From: Octopus sinensis
Taxonomy: Eukaryota
Assembly (NCBI RefSeq): GCF_006345805.1
Contig: NC_043015.1
Span: 20,026,001-20,090,000 of the forward strand
Length of the DNA stretch: 64,000 bases
Reading direction: 5' to 3'
Made by a program: the position numbers and the translations under genes. Numbering within the stretch: the stretch's first letter is position 1; each line of letters begins with the position of its first letter. The notes below the pieces were generated by a model. The model had not been told where the DNA came from. It did no database searches and saw nothing but the letters and a program-made list of their open reading frames with translations. Below are positions 38,463 through 50,601 of this stretch, in pieces.

Positions 38463-39293
38463 AAAAAGTAATGCCATTTTGTTTAGGACAGGTATAATTA
38501 CCAACACAGGAACATGTATCATACATCAAAATGAAGCTGGTACTCTGTTGATCACATCCCTACTTCTCAATAGCAATGTTCCATCTTGGAATGAGAGCAT
38601 GTATCCCTGCCCCGTAAAATTCTGTTGACTGTTCTTTGAGCGAGTTCTTCACAACAGTTTTCACTTCCTCATCACTGGAATAATGTTTGCCTCTCAAACC
38701 CTCTTTCATGAGGTCGAAGTTCAAGATGCAAATGTCAGCTGGAAAAATCATGGCTACTGTCTTTTGGGATGCTCAAGGTGTCATCCTGGTCGATTTCTTG
38801 CCAAAAGCAAAAACAATAAACTCTTTGGCCTACATGAGATCCTGAAGAGGCTCAGGGCAAGAATCCAATGAGTAAGACCCAACTTGCCAATCGACAATGT
38901 CCTCCTGCGTGACAATGCTGGCCCACACACAAGCATCAGGACAAGGGAGACAATCGCCTCATTTGGGTGGACAATTTTACCACACCCTCCATACCAGATT
39001 TAGCACCTTCAGACTATCATCTTTTCGGCCCCATGAAAGAGGGTTTGAGAGGCAAACATTATTCCAGTGACGAGGAAGTGAAAACTATAGTGAAGAACTC
39101 GCTCAAAGAACAGTCAACAGAATTTTACGGGGCAGGGATACATGCTCTCATTCCAAGATGGGACATTGCTATTGAGAAGTAGGGATGTGATCCACAGAAG
39201 ACCAGCTTCATTTTGATGTATGATACATGTTCCTGTGTTGGTAATTATACCTGTCCTAAACAAAATGGCATTACTTTTTGACTCACCCTCGTA
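38463..39293 (+). mobile_element. mariner (DD34D) remnant with long inverted terminal duplication
   Basis: SAGKIMATVFWDAQGVILVDFL, LLRDNAGPH and PDLAPSDYHLFGPMKEGLRGKHY. Right TIR ...TTACTTTTTGACTCACCCTCGTA. The left arm 38463-38710 is the reverse complement of 39032-39279. Confidence 0.9.
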
Positions 39294-40266
39294 CATGTGG
39301 TCACCCCAGTTTGATTCTACTGACTGAATTTCCTGCTCTCTAGTTCCCACACTTGTCTTTGTCCTTTGTTTTCTGTAAATTTGAACTATATATCCTAAAA
39401 CCATTAGATGGGAAAGCAAGTTTCTTACCACACAGCCACACCTGCGTTTTGTGTGTGCGTGTTTTTGCATTTGTCTTCTACCACTGCATGACAACTGGTG
39501 TTAGTTTGTTTCCTTAACTGTAACTTAGCAGTTTGACGATAGAGACTGATAGAGTAAGTGCAAGGCTTGAAAATGAATACTGGGGTCAATTTATTTGATT
39601 AAACCTTTGAAGTGTGTGCTCCAGCATGGCCTCAGTCCAATGACTGAAACAAGTAAAAGACAAATGAATTGGATTACTTTCATCAAATAATGGAGAGAGA
39701 GGGAGAGGTGACAGTGCACCAATCTACGTCCTTTCTATACATTGTGTTGAGACAGGATCAAGGCAGAGAACTCTGTTTTATTCGGATCATTAACTGAGTA
39801 AAAAGAGATAACCACTTCGATAGCATGTTTGTTGTTGTTATTACTGTTATTGTTTAGCTGCAGTTCATCCCTAATCTAGTATTCCATCCATGACCGTCCA
39901 GTCTTTTAAGACAAAATTTATCCAGGACAATAGTATCCAACTGGTGCTTCCCATTTGAGGACAGTAGGGTATAATCTGAGGCTGATCTGACTGTAATTGG
40001 ATTATTGACATTGAGGTTAGCAATGGCAGGAGTTATTGATTAACGAAGTGGTTGTTGTTTAGTCTTAAGTCACATTCGACCATTAGTCTGTTCAATCTTA
40101 GGGATGACCTGAAGTTCAAAACAAAAAACAGCAACAACAATAACAACACCAATGAGAAGACAATGTTAGAAAATGGCTTGATTACAAATGTTTCCCAAAT
40201 GACTGACGAAGGTATTACAATTACGACAACAACACCACTGGGAGATGAGGGTGGGTCGGTACCTAC

Positions 40267-40469
40267 CCCTGTGCGACATTCCATGTTTCACCACTGTTTG
40301 GCTTAACAATGACTGGTTTAGTCAACGGTATGGTCTTGATGCTGTCTAATAAATCATTAATGTATTCGGGACTTGTACAGTTAACTCCTGCAGCTATCAC
40401 ACAGCTTGAAGACATAACCTGTTTTATTGCATCACAGAAATTATCTCCACCACACGTCTGCTTTCCGTC
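40267..40469 (-). CDS. HMT: Homocysteine S-methyltransferase, exon 6
   Basis: Phase 0 to 2, donor GG|GTAGGT. Encodes DGKQTCGGDNF...AAGVNCTSP...IVKPNSGETWNVAQ, containing the zinc-ligand GVNC and the PNSGE motif. Confidence 0.9.
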
Positions 40470-40840
40470 CTGAAGATTACAAAAACAAAAGAAAATCATC
40501 ATCATCATTTAACGTCTACTTTCCATGCTGGTATGGGTTGGATGGTTAGACTGAAAACTGGTAAGCCGGGGAGCTGCACCAGGTTCCGATCTGATTTGGT
40601 GTGGTTTCTATGGCTGGATGTCCTTCCTAATGCCAACCACTCCATTGGCAAGGTGTCATTGACCTGACACTAGCACCGGCCACGACTATGGTATCACTTG
40701 GCTTCACAGGTCTACACAAGCACGATATATCACCAAAAGTCTTGGTCACATGTCACTGCCTCCATGAGGCCCAAAATAATAATAGTAAACATTATACATA
40801 CATACATACACACACACACATATACACACAAACACACACG

Positions 40841-41042
40841 TGCGAGGGGGTGCTGAAAAGTTCCTGGCTTTGGGTAAAAGAAAATACAGGAGGATCAGTT
40901 AATTATGATTTTATTCAACATATTCCTCTCTCAAATTCACAGTTATTGCAGCAGCCCTGTAAAGGAACTTGAAAGGTTGGGCCTCCAACTAGGCCTTTCA
41001 CAATACCCTTAAAACCAGGAACTTTTCAGCATTCCTTTGTAT
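40841..41042. mobile_element. mariner-derived MITE
   Basis: Imperfect TIRs CGAGGGGGTGCTGAAAAGTTCCTGG / CCAGGAACTTTTCAGCATTCCTTTG, about 200 bp, non-coding. Confidence 0.7.
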
Positions 41043-41719
41043 ATATGTGTATGTTTGTGTAACATATATGCAGCCAATCTGTTTATATATGCAACAATTC
41101 TAGTAGCTACAGAACACTGCAGCTACTAATTAGCATATCATAAGTTTTAACCCTTTATTTTTAATTATCAGAAGCCTCATCATCATCATCACCATTTTAA
41201 CACCCATTTTTCCATGGATGGAGTTTATTGAGGCAAATTTTTCTCAGGCCGGATGCTCTTGTCATCAACCCTCACCTGTTTCCAAGTAAAGTAACAAATG
41301 ACAGTATGCATGATAGCGACACTCACAACTATTGCACAGTATAAAAACAAGGACACACACTCACACTAATATATAAAGGGCTTCTTTTCAGTTTCTGCCT
41401 ACTGAATCTGCTTGCAAAACTCTAGTTGGCTCATAGCTATAGTTGAAAACACTTGTGTAAGGTGCTTCACTGAGGGACGGAACCCAAAACATGGTAGGTG
41501 GGGAGCTAACTTCTCAACCACACAGTCATGCATGGTTTCTACAGACAGTTCCAAAACTGGTAAGTTTTAAGAGAGAGGTAGTTGAATATATCGACCTCAG
41601 GATTATTGGGGTATTTATTTTGATAGACCCCTGGAGAATGAAATGTAAAGTCGACTTTAGTAGAAATTGAACTCAAAATGTAAAGGATAAAAACTCAGGA
41701 AACATGAAAATCCAGAAAC

Positions 41720-41881
41720 CTTGCAAGAAAAAGTCACCCATCCACGACAGTTTGGAATTTCATTCATGATGTCTAGGACAACAAGAGCTTCTTTGAGAGA
41801 TGGAAAGGTCTCCACAGCTAGCATATCCACACCTGCTTCCATCAACAAATCTATTCGAGATTTGTGCCAAGACTTTAGTTC
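41720..41881 (-). CDS. HMT: Homocysteine S-methyltransferase, exon 5
   Basis: 162 nt, phase 0 to 0. Encodes ELKSWHKSRIDLLMEAGVDMLAVETFPSLKEALVVLDIMNEIPNCRGWVTFSCK. Confidence 0.9.
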
Positions 41882-41943
41882 CTGTGGAAAAGAGAAATCA
41901 AAAATTCTTAATGATGCAGCAACTTTTCATGAGATTTCATTAA

Positions 41944-42171
41944 CCCTTTCGTTACCAACCCAGATGTGGCTCTGAAGTACAAATGTCTTGTTTTCATAAG
42001 TTTTGAATTAAAGTCTTTCACCAAGCCTTAGTCACAATTAATGTTCCTAACACTAACTTAATGATGACTAAGTTATTTTACTAAATTCTTTGTTATGTTT
42101 AAAATAATTGAACCCCCCCCCCACAAAAAAAAAACCCCAAGCATCTCAAAATAAATACAGTAACGAAAGGG
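41944..42171. mobile_element. piggyBac-type MITE
   Basis: TTAA|CCCTTTCGTTAC ... GTAACGAAAGGG|TTAA: perfect 12-bp TIRs with TTAA target duplication. Related, more decayed copies at about 61742-61968, 10285-10520, 3270-3500 and 4140-4500. Confidence 0.8.
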
Positions 42172-43784
42172 TTAAGTTGCTTAGTGTTGCAGCCAGTCAT
42201 AATATCCAACTAAAACAGTCTGTCATAGCCAGTCACAAATATTCCATTCACCGTTTCACTGCAGAAATCAGATAATACATCCATTCAAAATTTCATTACT
42301 CTTAACTGGGAAAAGCTTTTTTATATACCAGTTTATTTTCTTTGTTAAAAAAATGTCACGCTTGAAACTACATACTGTTGAGATATATATATACACGACG
42401 GGCTTCTTTCAGTTTCTATCTACCAAATCCACTCACAATTCTTTGGTCAGCCCAAGGCTATAGTAGAAGACACTTGCCCAAGGTGCTACATAGTGGGACT
42501 GAACTCCAAACTATGTGGTTGGCAAGCACCCATAATTTTCAGAGACATTTTTCACACTCAGAATTGTCAAAGCATAGAATAAACTGTATAAGTTGTTTGC
42601 TGTTAGAACACTGCAGTCCTCAAAAATTCCATGCCTCCCAACACACCTATGCACTTTTCCCTCTTTATGGCTCTCATCCAATTAACTGATCTGTCTCTTT
42701 TTTTCTCTTTTATTCTGTGTGCTGTGCATGTCCTTCAAGCTATTACTGCTGTCTTTCTTTGCATGACTGGTTACTTGCCCTTCTTTTAACTTTTCTGACA
42801 AGTCATGGTGCACCTCAGCACTGTATACAATAAGTTGGTTATTATTATTATTATTATTATAATTATTATTATTATTAGCATTAAGGCAGTGAGCTGGTAG
42901 AATCACTGGACAAAATGCTTAGCTATATTTCGCCTGTCGCTACATTTTGAGTTCAAATTCCGCTGAGATCGACTTTGTAATGCAATGGCTCTCATATTGA
43001 GTCTTTCACCATTTGAGACTGTAAAGTCAATTATCTGGCTCTTTCTATATTGAATTTTGGACCCCCTGCACCACCTATTCCTGGGCTCTTGGGTATAAGT
43101 CTATTTAACAGGGATACTCAGAGCATGTCTGGTAGGAATCGCTCTCAGTTGATTCACACCAACTTTGGTACATGATTGATATTTATTCAATAAAACTTGG
43201 AGGGATAAAAGTCACAGTTAATCCACGTGGGATTTGAACTCAGATTGAAAAGAGATGAAACTAAATATTGCACAAAATATATATTTACTATTCTACCTCA
43301 TTCTAAGGTAGATCTGATAGTGAAGGGGACAGAATGCTTGATGTCAGCTTTGTCTTTCATCCTTTCAGGGTTGATAAATTAAATACCAGTTGAGCATTGG
43401 GGTTGATGTTATCGACTTGTCTTTTCCTCTAAAATTGTTGACCTTGTGCCAAAATTAAAATGGTAGAATATTCTACAGTAGAACAGTCTACCTTCTATTG
43501 CAATTCTATTCACTTCTAGGAGGTTTTAAAGGAATATTGAAATCAATCCCAGGAAGGATGAAAGACAAAGTTCATCTTGGTGGAATTTGAACTCAGAATG
43601 TAAAGGACCATAACAGTATATCACAACCATTTTGTCCAATGTTCTAACAACTCTGCCATTGGCACAAAACCACAAATTACCAATTTAACAGACCTGGGTA
43701 CTTGCATTGGTACTTTATCTCATCGACCCTGGGAAGAATAAAATGCAAGATATTTAATCAATCCCTCCACAGATTTTGTCTTCA

Positions 43785-43818
<34 letters not shown>

Positions 43819-44203
43819 ATACCACCACCAAGTATAATGATAATGATCCTTTCTAGTGTAAGCACAAGGCTTGATTTTTAAGGAGAGGGAGACAGTTTAT
43901 TACATTGACTCCAGTGTACAATTGGTACTTTATCAACCCCAAAAGAATGAAAGACAAAGTCGATTTCAGCGAAATTTAGAACTCAGAACATCAAGAGCTG
44001 AAAAAAATACCACTACATTCTCTCATATGCTTCTTCCTTACTTTAGACAGTAGTAACTGCAATTTAAGGGACATTTGGCTGCTATTTCTAGCAGGTCAAG
44101 CAACCATGTAGAGGCTATTAACTTTGGTGGTGGTGATGTGAAACTATAAGCAATAAACCCTCCCTAATAATCAGACACACGAGAAAATATACTTTTAACT
44201 TAC

Positions 44204-44307
44204 GTTGATCTGCACTGTATTCATGTATTTCCCCGTATACTCGGATCCATCATGTAGACAGGCACCATAGGGACCAACGGAGCCAGCGACCAGCAAATGT
44301 TGCAGAT
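44204..44307 (-). CDS. HMT: Homocysteine S-methyltransferase, exon 4
   Basis: Phase 1 to 0, donor |GTAAGT. Encodes (D)LQHLLVAGSVGPYGACLHDGSEYTGKYMNTVQIN, including the hallmark VAGSVGPYGA.L.DGSEY.G.Y motif. Confidence 0.92.
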
Positions 44308-44599
44308 CTGTGCAGAAGATGAAGAAAGGGAGAAAGGAAAGAAGAAAGAAAAGAGAAACTATTTGGAAGAAAGGAAATTTTAATAAGTAAAAAGTATTAG
44401 TGTGTGTGTGTGATGGTTGATATATTTGTGTGTCTGTGAACATTTGAGTATTTTGTATGCATGTATACATCTGTCTATCTATCTACCTGCTAGCCTGTCT
44501 ATCAATCACTCTCTATATATATATACACACACACATCAAAAGGAGCATCATAAAGTGTAAAACATAACCATAGATTAGGCTTGGTATGGGTTTCACAAC

Positions 44600-44905
44600 T
44601 CCACTCTGGTATCAAGGGGGGATGTGTGAGTGTATATGGGCATTGTGTTGTGTTCTTGAGCAAGACACTTTATTTCACGTTGCTCCAGTTCACTTGGCTG
44701 TAGAAATGAGTTGCGATGTCACTGGTGCCAAGCTGTGTCGGCCTCTTTGCCTTTCCCTTGGGCAACATCGATGGCATGAAGAGGGGAGGCTGGTATGCAT
44801 GGGTGACTACTAGCAATCCATAAATAACCTTACCTGGAATTGTGCCTCAGAAGGTAACTTTCTAAGTGCAATCCTACGGTCATTCATGACTAACGGAGGT
44901 CTTTC
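44600..44905 (+). mobile_element. Fourth SINE-like family (GTGTTCTTGAGCAAGACACT core)
   Basis: A homologous stretch occurs at about 52490-52720, with shorter matches at 22690-22760 and 53390-53410 (minus). Confidence 0.55.
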
Positions 44906-45110
44906 TTTTATATGTATGTATGTGTGTGTGTGTGCATGGACGGATGCATAGATGGATGATTGTATGCATGCATGAATGCATGTGTGTATTTGTGTGTGTG
45001 TGGTTGAGAAGTTTGCTTCCTAACCACGAGGTTTTGGGTTCAGTTCCACTGTGTTACATCTTAGGCTAGTGTTTTCCACAATAGCTTCTGGTTTGACTTT
45101 TGGTTCTTAC

Positions 45111-45277
45111 CTGGGTTTTCCTTTTGAACTTCACACCGAGCTTGTTTTGCTAAATTCACCCCAATCTTCATCAGGTTTTTGGCCTCCTGTTCAGTCATCT
45201 TGAGATGTTTCTGGAAGCCTTCAACACTTGCTTGATATGTTGCTGTTACAACAACATCAGAACCAGCAAGGTAAAAT
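45111..45277 (-). CDS. HMT: Homocysteine S-methyltransferase, exon 3
   Basis: Phase 2 to 1, donor G|GTAAGA. Encodes FYLAGSDVVVTATYQASVEGFQKHLKMTEQEAKNLMKIGVNLAKQARCEVQKENP (AG.D.I.T.TYQAS motif). Confidence 0.9.
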
Positions 45278-46001
45278 CTGGCAAAATGTTAGAAGCAAAT
45301 AAGCATATCTTTAGAAACAGATTTTTAAAAATGGAGAAAGCAGGACAAAGTTTTTGTTGCCCTTTTTTAAGGGTCATTTAGCTCCAAATTAGCCCTGATT
45401 GTGCAGACCTATGATTGGCTGTGAACACTTGGTCTGTTTTTCAGACAATCATCCATCTTAGCTTTTGAACACAGGCAATGGCTGTGTGGTTAGGAAGCTT
45501 GCTTCCCAACTACATAGCTTCATGTTCAGTTCCCTGCATGGTACTTTTGGCAAGTGTCATCTTGGGTTAATCAGAGCCTCGTGAATGGATTTGGGAGATG
45601 GAAACTGAAAGAAGTTTGTCACAAATTTGTGTGTGTGTTTATTTGTCCCAACATTGTGCAATACATGTAAATGAGTCTTTGTAGTGTCATTCATTTCCAA
45701 TCTTCTGTGAAAACATGTTTGGCCATGAGAAATATAACCTTATTTGGAAACAGGTGAAGGTTGGCAACAAGAAGGGCATTTGGCCATATAAAATCTGCCT
45801 CAACAAATTCTGCCTGCCCAACGCAAGCATGGAAAAGTGTTAGCTAAAATCATGATGAAAGAGAAGTTAAAATCTAAAGATCCCAGAGAGGCAAAAGGCA
45901 ACAAAGTTGTCCTCATTAGGATTTGAAATCAAGACTCAAGTACATACTGCATGGTATTTTATCAGATGCTCCACTGATTCAATACATTATAGAAGAATGA
46001 A

Positions 46002-46216
46002 AGGCAGTAAGCTGACAGAATAGTTAGCATGGTGGGGGAAATGCTTAGCAGCATTTTGTCTGCTCTTACATTTTGAGTTCAAATTCCACCGAGGTCGACT
46101 TTGCCTTTCATCCTTTTGGGATTGATAAAATAAGTACCAGTTGAGCAACTGGGGTCAATGTAATTGACTTAACCACTTCCCCAAAATTGCTGGCCTTGTG
46201 CCAAAATTTGAAACCA
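46002..46216 (+). mobile_element. SINE with Nin/Sauria-like central domain (family 3)
   Basis: AAGGCRGTGAGCTGGCAGAA head with GAGTTCAAATTCC B-box-like motif, then GACTTTGCCTTTCATCCTTT.GGG.T.GATAAAATAAGTACCAG. Copies at about 2225-2400, 12970-13100, 15785-15910, 36660-36880 and 56880-57000. Confidence 0.65.
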
Positions 46217-46258
46217 ATACATTACAAAAGAATAAAGAAGGTAAAAAGAGAAACAAAC

Positions 46259-46326
46259 TTTTTATGGCATTCTTTGATGGCTTCTGGGTTTGTGGAGATC
46301 AGTTTGGCACTAAACAGTGCATCTTC
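46259..46326 (-). CDS. HMT: Homocysteine S-methyltransferase, exon 2
   Basis: Acceptor atttttcag and donor AA|GTTTGT. Encodes EDALFSAKLISTNPEAIKECHK, the LWSA..L..NP..I...H motif region. Confidence 0.85.
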
Positions 46327-46726
46327 CTGAAAAATGATGGAAATGGAAATAATAATAATAATAGCAAAAAAAAAAAAAAAAGTGCCATTGTCATCAAGTG
46401 AACGATATTTCAACATCTCGTGTGTCTTCCACAGGTTCAACAAATAAACGTGTCAATGAACTTCATTTTGGTTAATATTTATAGAATTGAGGTTACTCCT
46501 GCAGAAGGTATAGAAGCGAAAAAATGAAGAGTGCTTCTATACCTATTTCTTTACTACCCACAAGGGGCCAAACAAGGACAGACAAAAGGATTAAGTCGAT
46601 TATATCGACCCCAGTGCGTAATTTAGTACTTAATTTATCGACCCCGAAAGGATGAAAGGCAAAGTCGACCTCGGCGGAACCTTCTGGAGGAGTTACCTCA
46701 ATCCTTTAAATATTATCATTATTATT

Positions 46727-46763
<37 letters not shown>

Positions 46764-46793
46764 TTAATAGACAGCTAATTCCGTGGTAGTGCC

Positions 46794-46825
<32 letters not shown>

Positions 46826-47829
46826 TACTAAATTTGAAATTGTAAAAATAAATCCCTTAAAACTTGAAATTGTGAGAATTTGGAGTATGCAAACTGTAAA
46901 GGGTGCACTTGTAATAATTGGTGAGTTGGGAACTGTAAGTAAAGATATAGACAAATGGTGGAATTCTACTTTGGAATTTTCAGAAAATTTTTGTGAATTT
47001 ATATTCTACACGTAGGAATTCAGATGTGGTTAATTTTTCTTTTTAAATTACAGTTTAAAATTCGTAAAGTCCGAATTTTTGGCTTAAATCACAGCAATAG
47101 ACAATTATATGTATTTATGAGAAGAATATTGAAAAACACCAATAAGTCGGTGACAAACAAACGATTCGAGTTTTAAAATGTTTCAAACACAGGAACAAGG
47201 TCAGATGTCGATCATATTAATAACCTTAATTGGCTAATACTTTATTTTATTGACCCCAGATCGATAAAAAGCAAAGTTAACCTCTGCGGAATTTGAACTT
47301 AGAATGTAAAAGACCGCAAGGACACTGAGAATTCTACCAAATCACGACTTTTCGTGTTCTAAAATATTTATTTGTTATATATGCACAAATACCAGCAATT
47401 TTTGAAGGGAGGAACTGGTCAATATCATCGATTCCGGAGGGATAACAGGCAAAGCTGACCTCAATGAAAGAAATACCGCACAGCAGTTGTTTCCGAAAAG
47501 AAATTAACAAAACAGAATGACGACAGTGAAATACACACAGAAAGATAAATGACTGAAAGCAAATCGTATTTGATGGAATATAAATTCTTTTTCCCAAAAC
47601 CTTACCCAGGGTCCTATATAAGAAATCGGATCAATACTACGTGTACAAAAGATTAGTCTTCCCCTTATTATATGCACTGCTAAAATTGGGGAGCATCTAA
47701 TTGATATTCCATCAAATATGGTACATAATATGGAAATAAACAATGTATAGAATGAACAGGTATTTACAAAACATAACAATCATTGATACAAGAAATGAGA
47801 TTCGCGAAGAGGTTTTCACGACTCCTGAA

Positions 47830-48830
47830 CCTATTTCTTCACATAAGCTCGTGTAGATGGGATGTAAACAAAGCCACATTGGTTCCATAGTGTCGCTCGA
47901 GGTTTTTCTTGGCCATCATCCACGGCCCTTCATCGATGGTCTCTGTATGGTTCACAATTTCACGAGTATACATATTACCTAAACAAAGATCAGACATCCA
48001 CTCATCGAAGACCAAATGGGTCCCTGGTAATACCCATTGCGTTATTATGGACTCGAGTGTTTTGTGTGTCCGATCGGGGACCTCAATCAGACAACATTTG
48101 CCTGTGTCCCTGTCTACTGCACTAAATACCCAATGTCCCCTTTGCCACTCTCCTCGCTGATACTTTCGGTGCATCTATTTGGAGTCATTTGTTTCGACGG
48201 TAATGGGAAATCCTTTCTCTCCCAACCCACCGTGTCGCTGTGGATGAGCTTCTAGGTATTGCTCACATAAATCTCTCGTGTAACCGCACCAGTTAATAAA
48301 TGGTATTGTTATTGAGTTGCAGTTAAAAAATCATCTGAGTCTGAGAGTAGTCTCTTACCCATATGTACGGTACATGAGTTGAATTAAAATGGGTAATGAT
48401 AGATGACTTTTCTCGAAAAAGCAACCAGCTCGGATACTACGACTGGGTACTACTTAAGAAAAGTGGTCCCGGTGCGCGTACTCGCTCACCCGCACTAGCT
48501 AGTCGACCCTTACTTTGTGCTTTTGTTTTATTTACTTTGTGTAAAAAAAATTATTTATTTTGTGTTTTATTTACTTTGCTAGGTAGTCGTTGTAGGATAG
48601 ACTAGCTAGTAGTCATGACTAGCTAGCGCGAGTACGCGCACCGGGACCAGTCGCGAACAACTCACTAATCTGGTGGGATTATTACATCGATCACATATCA
48701 CAGTGTTGGCCAACATGTGACGAGATGTGAGCCACAGAACCGCCTGTTCGGTGGTGTTCGTCGCTGAGATTAATATGTCGCAGCGGTGTACTTCAGCTGC
48801 TAATATCACCAATGCTTAAGATTTCATCAG
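47830..48830 (-). mobile_element. Merlin (IS1595/ISXO2-like) DNA transposon remnant
   Basis: N-terminal EQAVLWL..RHMLANTVICDRCNNP finger. DDE region reads TVETNDSK*.HRKYQRG..WVFSAVDRDTGKCCLIEVPDRTHKTL..II.QWVLPGT.LVFDEW...IVNH. Confidence 0.8.
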
Positions 48831-49159
48831 AATTTACAAGACGCGTCGGTGCATATAGAGGGGGCATGGTTTCGATCGACGAAGAGCTTGGTTACGTGAT
48901 ATTACAGGATTTCAGTTAACTCCTTTCGGTTTGTTAGCTTTTAATCTCTTCTATTACAATGAATTTCGATTATTTCAGGATACAAAACCACATGTTTAAC
49001 CTATCACAACAGAATTTACAATACCACGTTGTTGGTATTTCCCGCTGTTTACAAACGTGGTGTCTACCGTAAGTGGGTTACTGTCGTGAGTGTATAAATA
49101 TATATACATATATATATATATGTCTGTAAATCATAAATCCGGAACAGAAGCGCACTCTA

Positions 49160-49545
49160 AGTTATAGAGCAGTAGAGTATTTGGATCTTTTCGGTTTGAA
49201 CGGCAGTTTTTTTCTAGCGGTGTCAAGTGAAATTGTCACCCATAATTATGACCCTAGTATCGATCTATTGCATTTCAATCTGTTTTAGGGTTAGTTAGGG
49301 TTAGTGGTGGGGGGAAGGGTATCTTTTTTTCTTCACAAATGTAAATAAACCCAATCTGTTTCTTAAACGAGGGACATATTCATACGGCACAGAATGTTTT
49401 CTTTTACCTCAATAGACGTCATTGATTGATTGAAATTGAAGAAAAACAACAACAAATATCTTACAAATTATAGAATTTTCTCAATAAAGCCAAGAGAAAA
49501 AGATGTTTAATAAACACATGCTACCAGTATACGAAGTCTAAAAGT
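49160..49545. repeat. Interspersed repeat with internal TTAGGG motifs (class uncertain)
   Basis: Contains TTTTAGGGTTAGTTAGGGTTAG followed by a G-rich stretch. Only one copy in the window; resembles a non-autonomous element I recall from mollusc DNA but cannot verify. Confidence 0.35.
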
Positions 49546-50075
49546 GGGTACTAGTATCGTAGACTGGACCCGGTTTGCGCACACGCAACTGGGTCCAGTC
49601 TACGATACTAGTACCTTCATTTTCATTGATTCCCTCCACCCCCCCCCTCAGTGGGTGTGCATGTACCTCCTTTTCCCGAGCCTGTGCTCGTGACCATCCC
49701 GTTATAATAATTTTTTTTTTTTTGTCCAGATGTAGTGTATCTACAATTCTATTAAGAAATTTTAGAACTTGGCACTTGGTTGCCCTATTTCGTTATTATT
49801 GCGTTACGTAATATTATTCACATTTAGAAGACAATAGAATGTGGATTACGGGAGACTTGCTTGCGATTTCTGGCAGGTCGTGCCACTACATAGAAGTTCC
49901 CTTATATGTATTCACACACACATATTTAATTTTTGTATTTGGTTTGCAAGATTCTTTATGTAAATTCATGTGCAGGAGCATATTTTGTTGTTCCTGGGGA
50001 GAGTCATTCTGTTTAAATGCCTTATTAATTAACGCACTCACCGGTTCAGTTTCCACTCATGCACATATTTATTTA

Positions 50076-50153
<78 letters not shown>

Positions 50154-50384
50154 CACACACAGAACCCTGCATGTATGCAACTGCCATATACTTTATTATT
50201 ATTATTAAAGCTGCAAAATATCACACACACAAAAACTGCTACTTCACGTTCCCGTTCGTCAGGCAGTTGTGATGAAGAATCTTGTGATGTTTTCGCAGCT
50301 TTAATAATAATAATAAGTATATTACCTTACCTCCGCTATTCGAGCACTATTTTTCCACCTTGTTCCGCAATTATGTGCTTACTA

Positions 50385-50468
<84 letters not shown>

Positions 50469-50520
50469 CCTTGTGTGTGTGCGTTTATATATAGATGTTT
50501 TATTATAGGGAATAACTTAC

Positions 50521-50601
50521 ATCTACTTCTGTAAATCCCATCCGTACAAGTAATGTTCCTGTACCTCCATCTAATATTTTCATTTTCTCACCTTCCATCA
50601 T
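50521..50601 (-). CDS. HMT: Homocysteine S-methyltransferase (mmuM/HMT type), exon 1
   Basis: MMEGEKMKILDGGTGTLLVRMGFTEVD carries the N-terminal LDGG motif. Donor |GTAAGT, phase 0. Confidence 0.85.

Noticed and set aside
47504-47779. ORF with IFDG and a good donor at 47605 as a candidate HMT first exon
   Set aside because: The rest of the peptide is unlike HMT, and the true LDGG exon was found at 50521-50601.
49280-49310. TTAGGG telomere-like motifs
   Set aside because: Only two or three imperfect units inside an interspersed repeat; not a telomere or fusion site.
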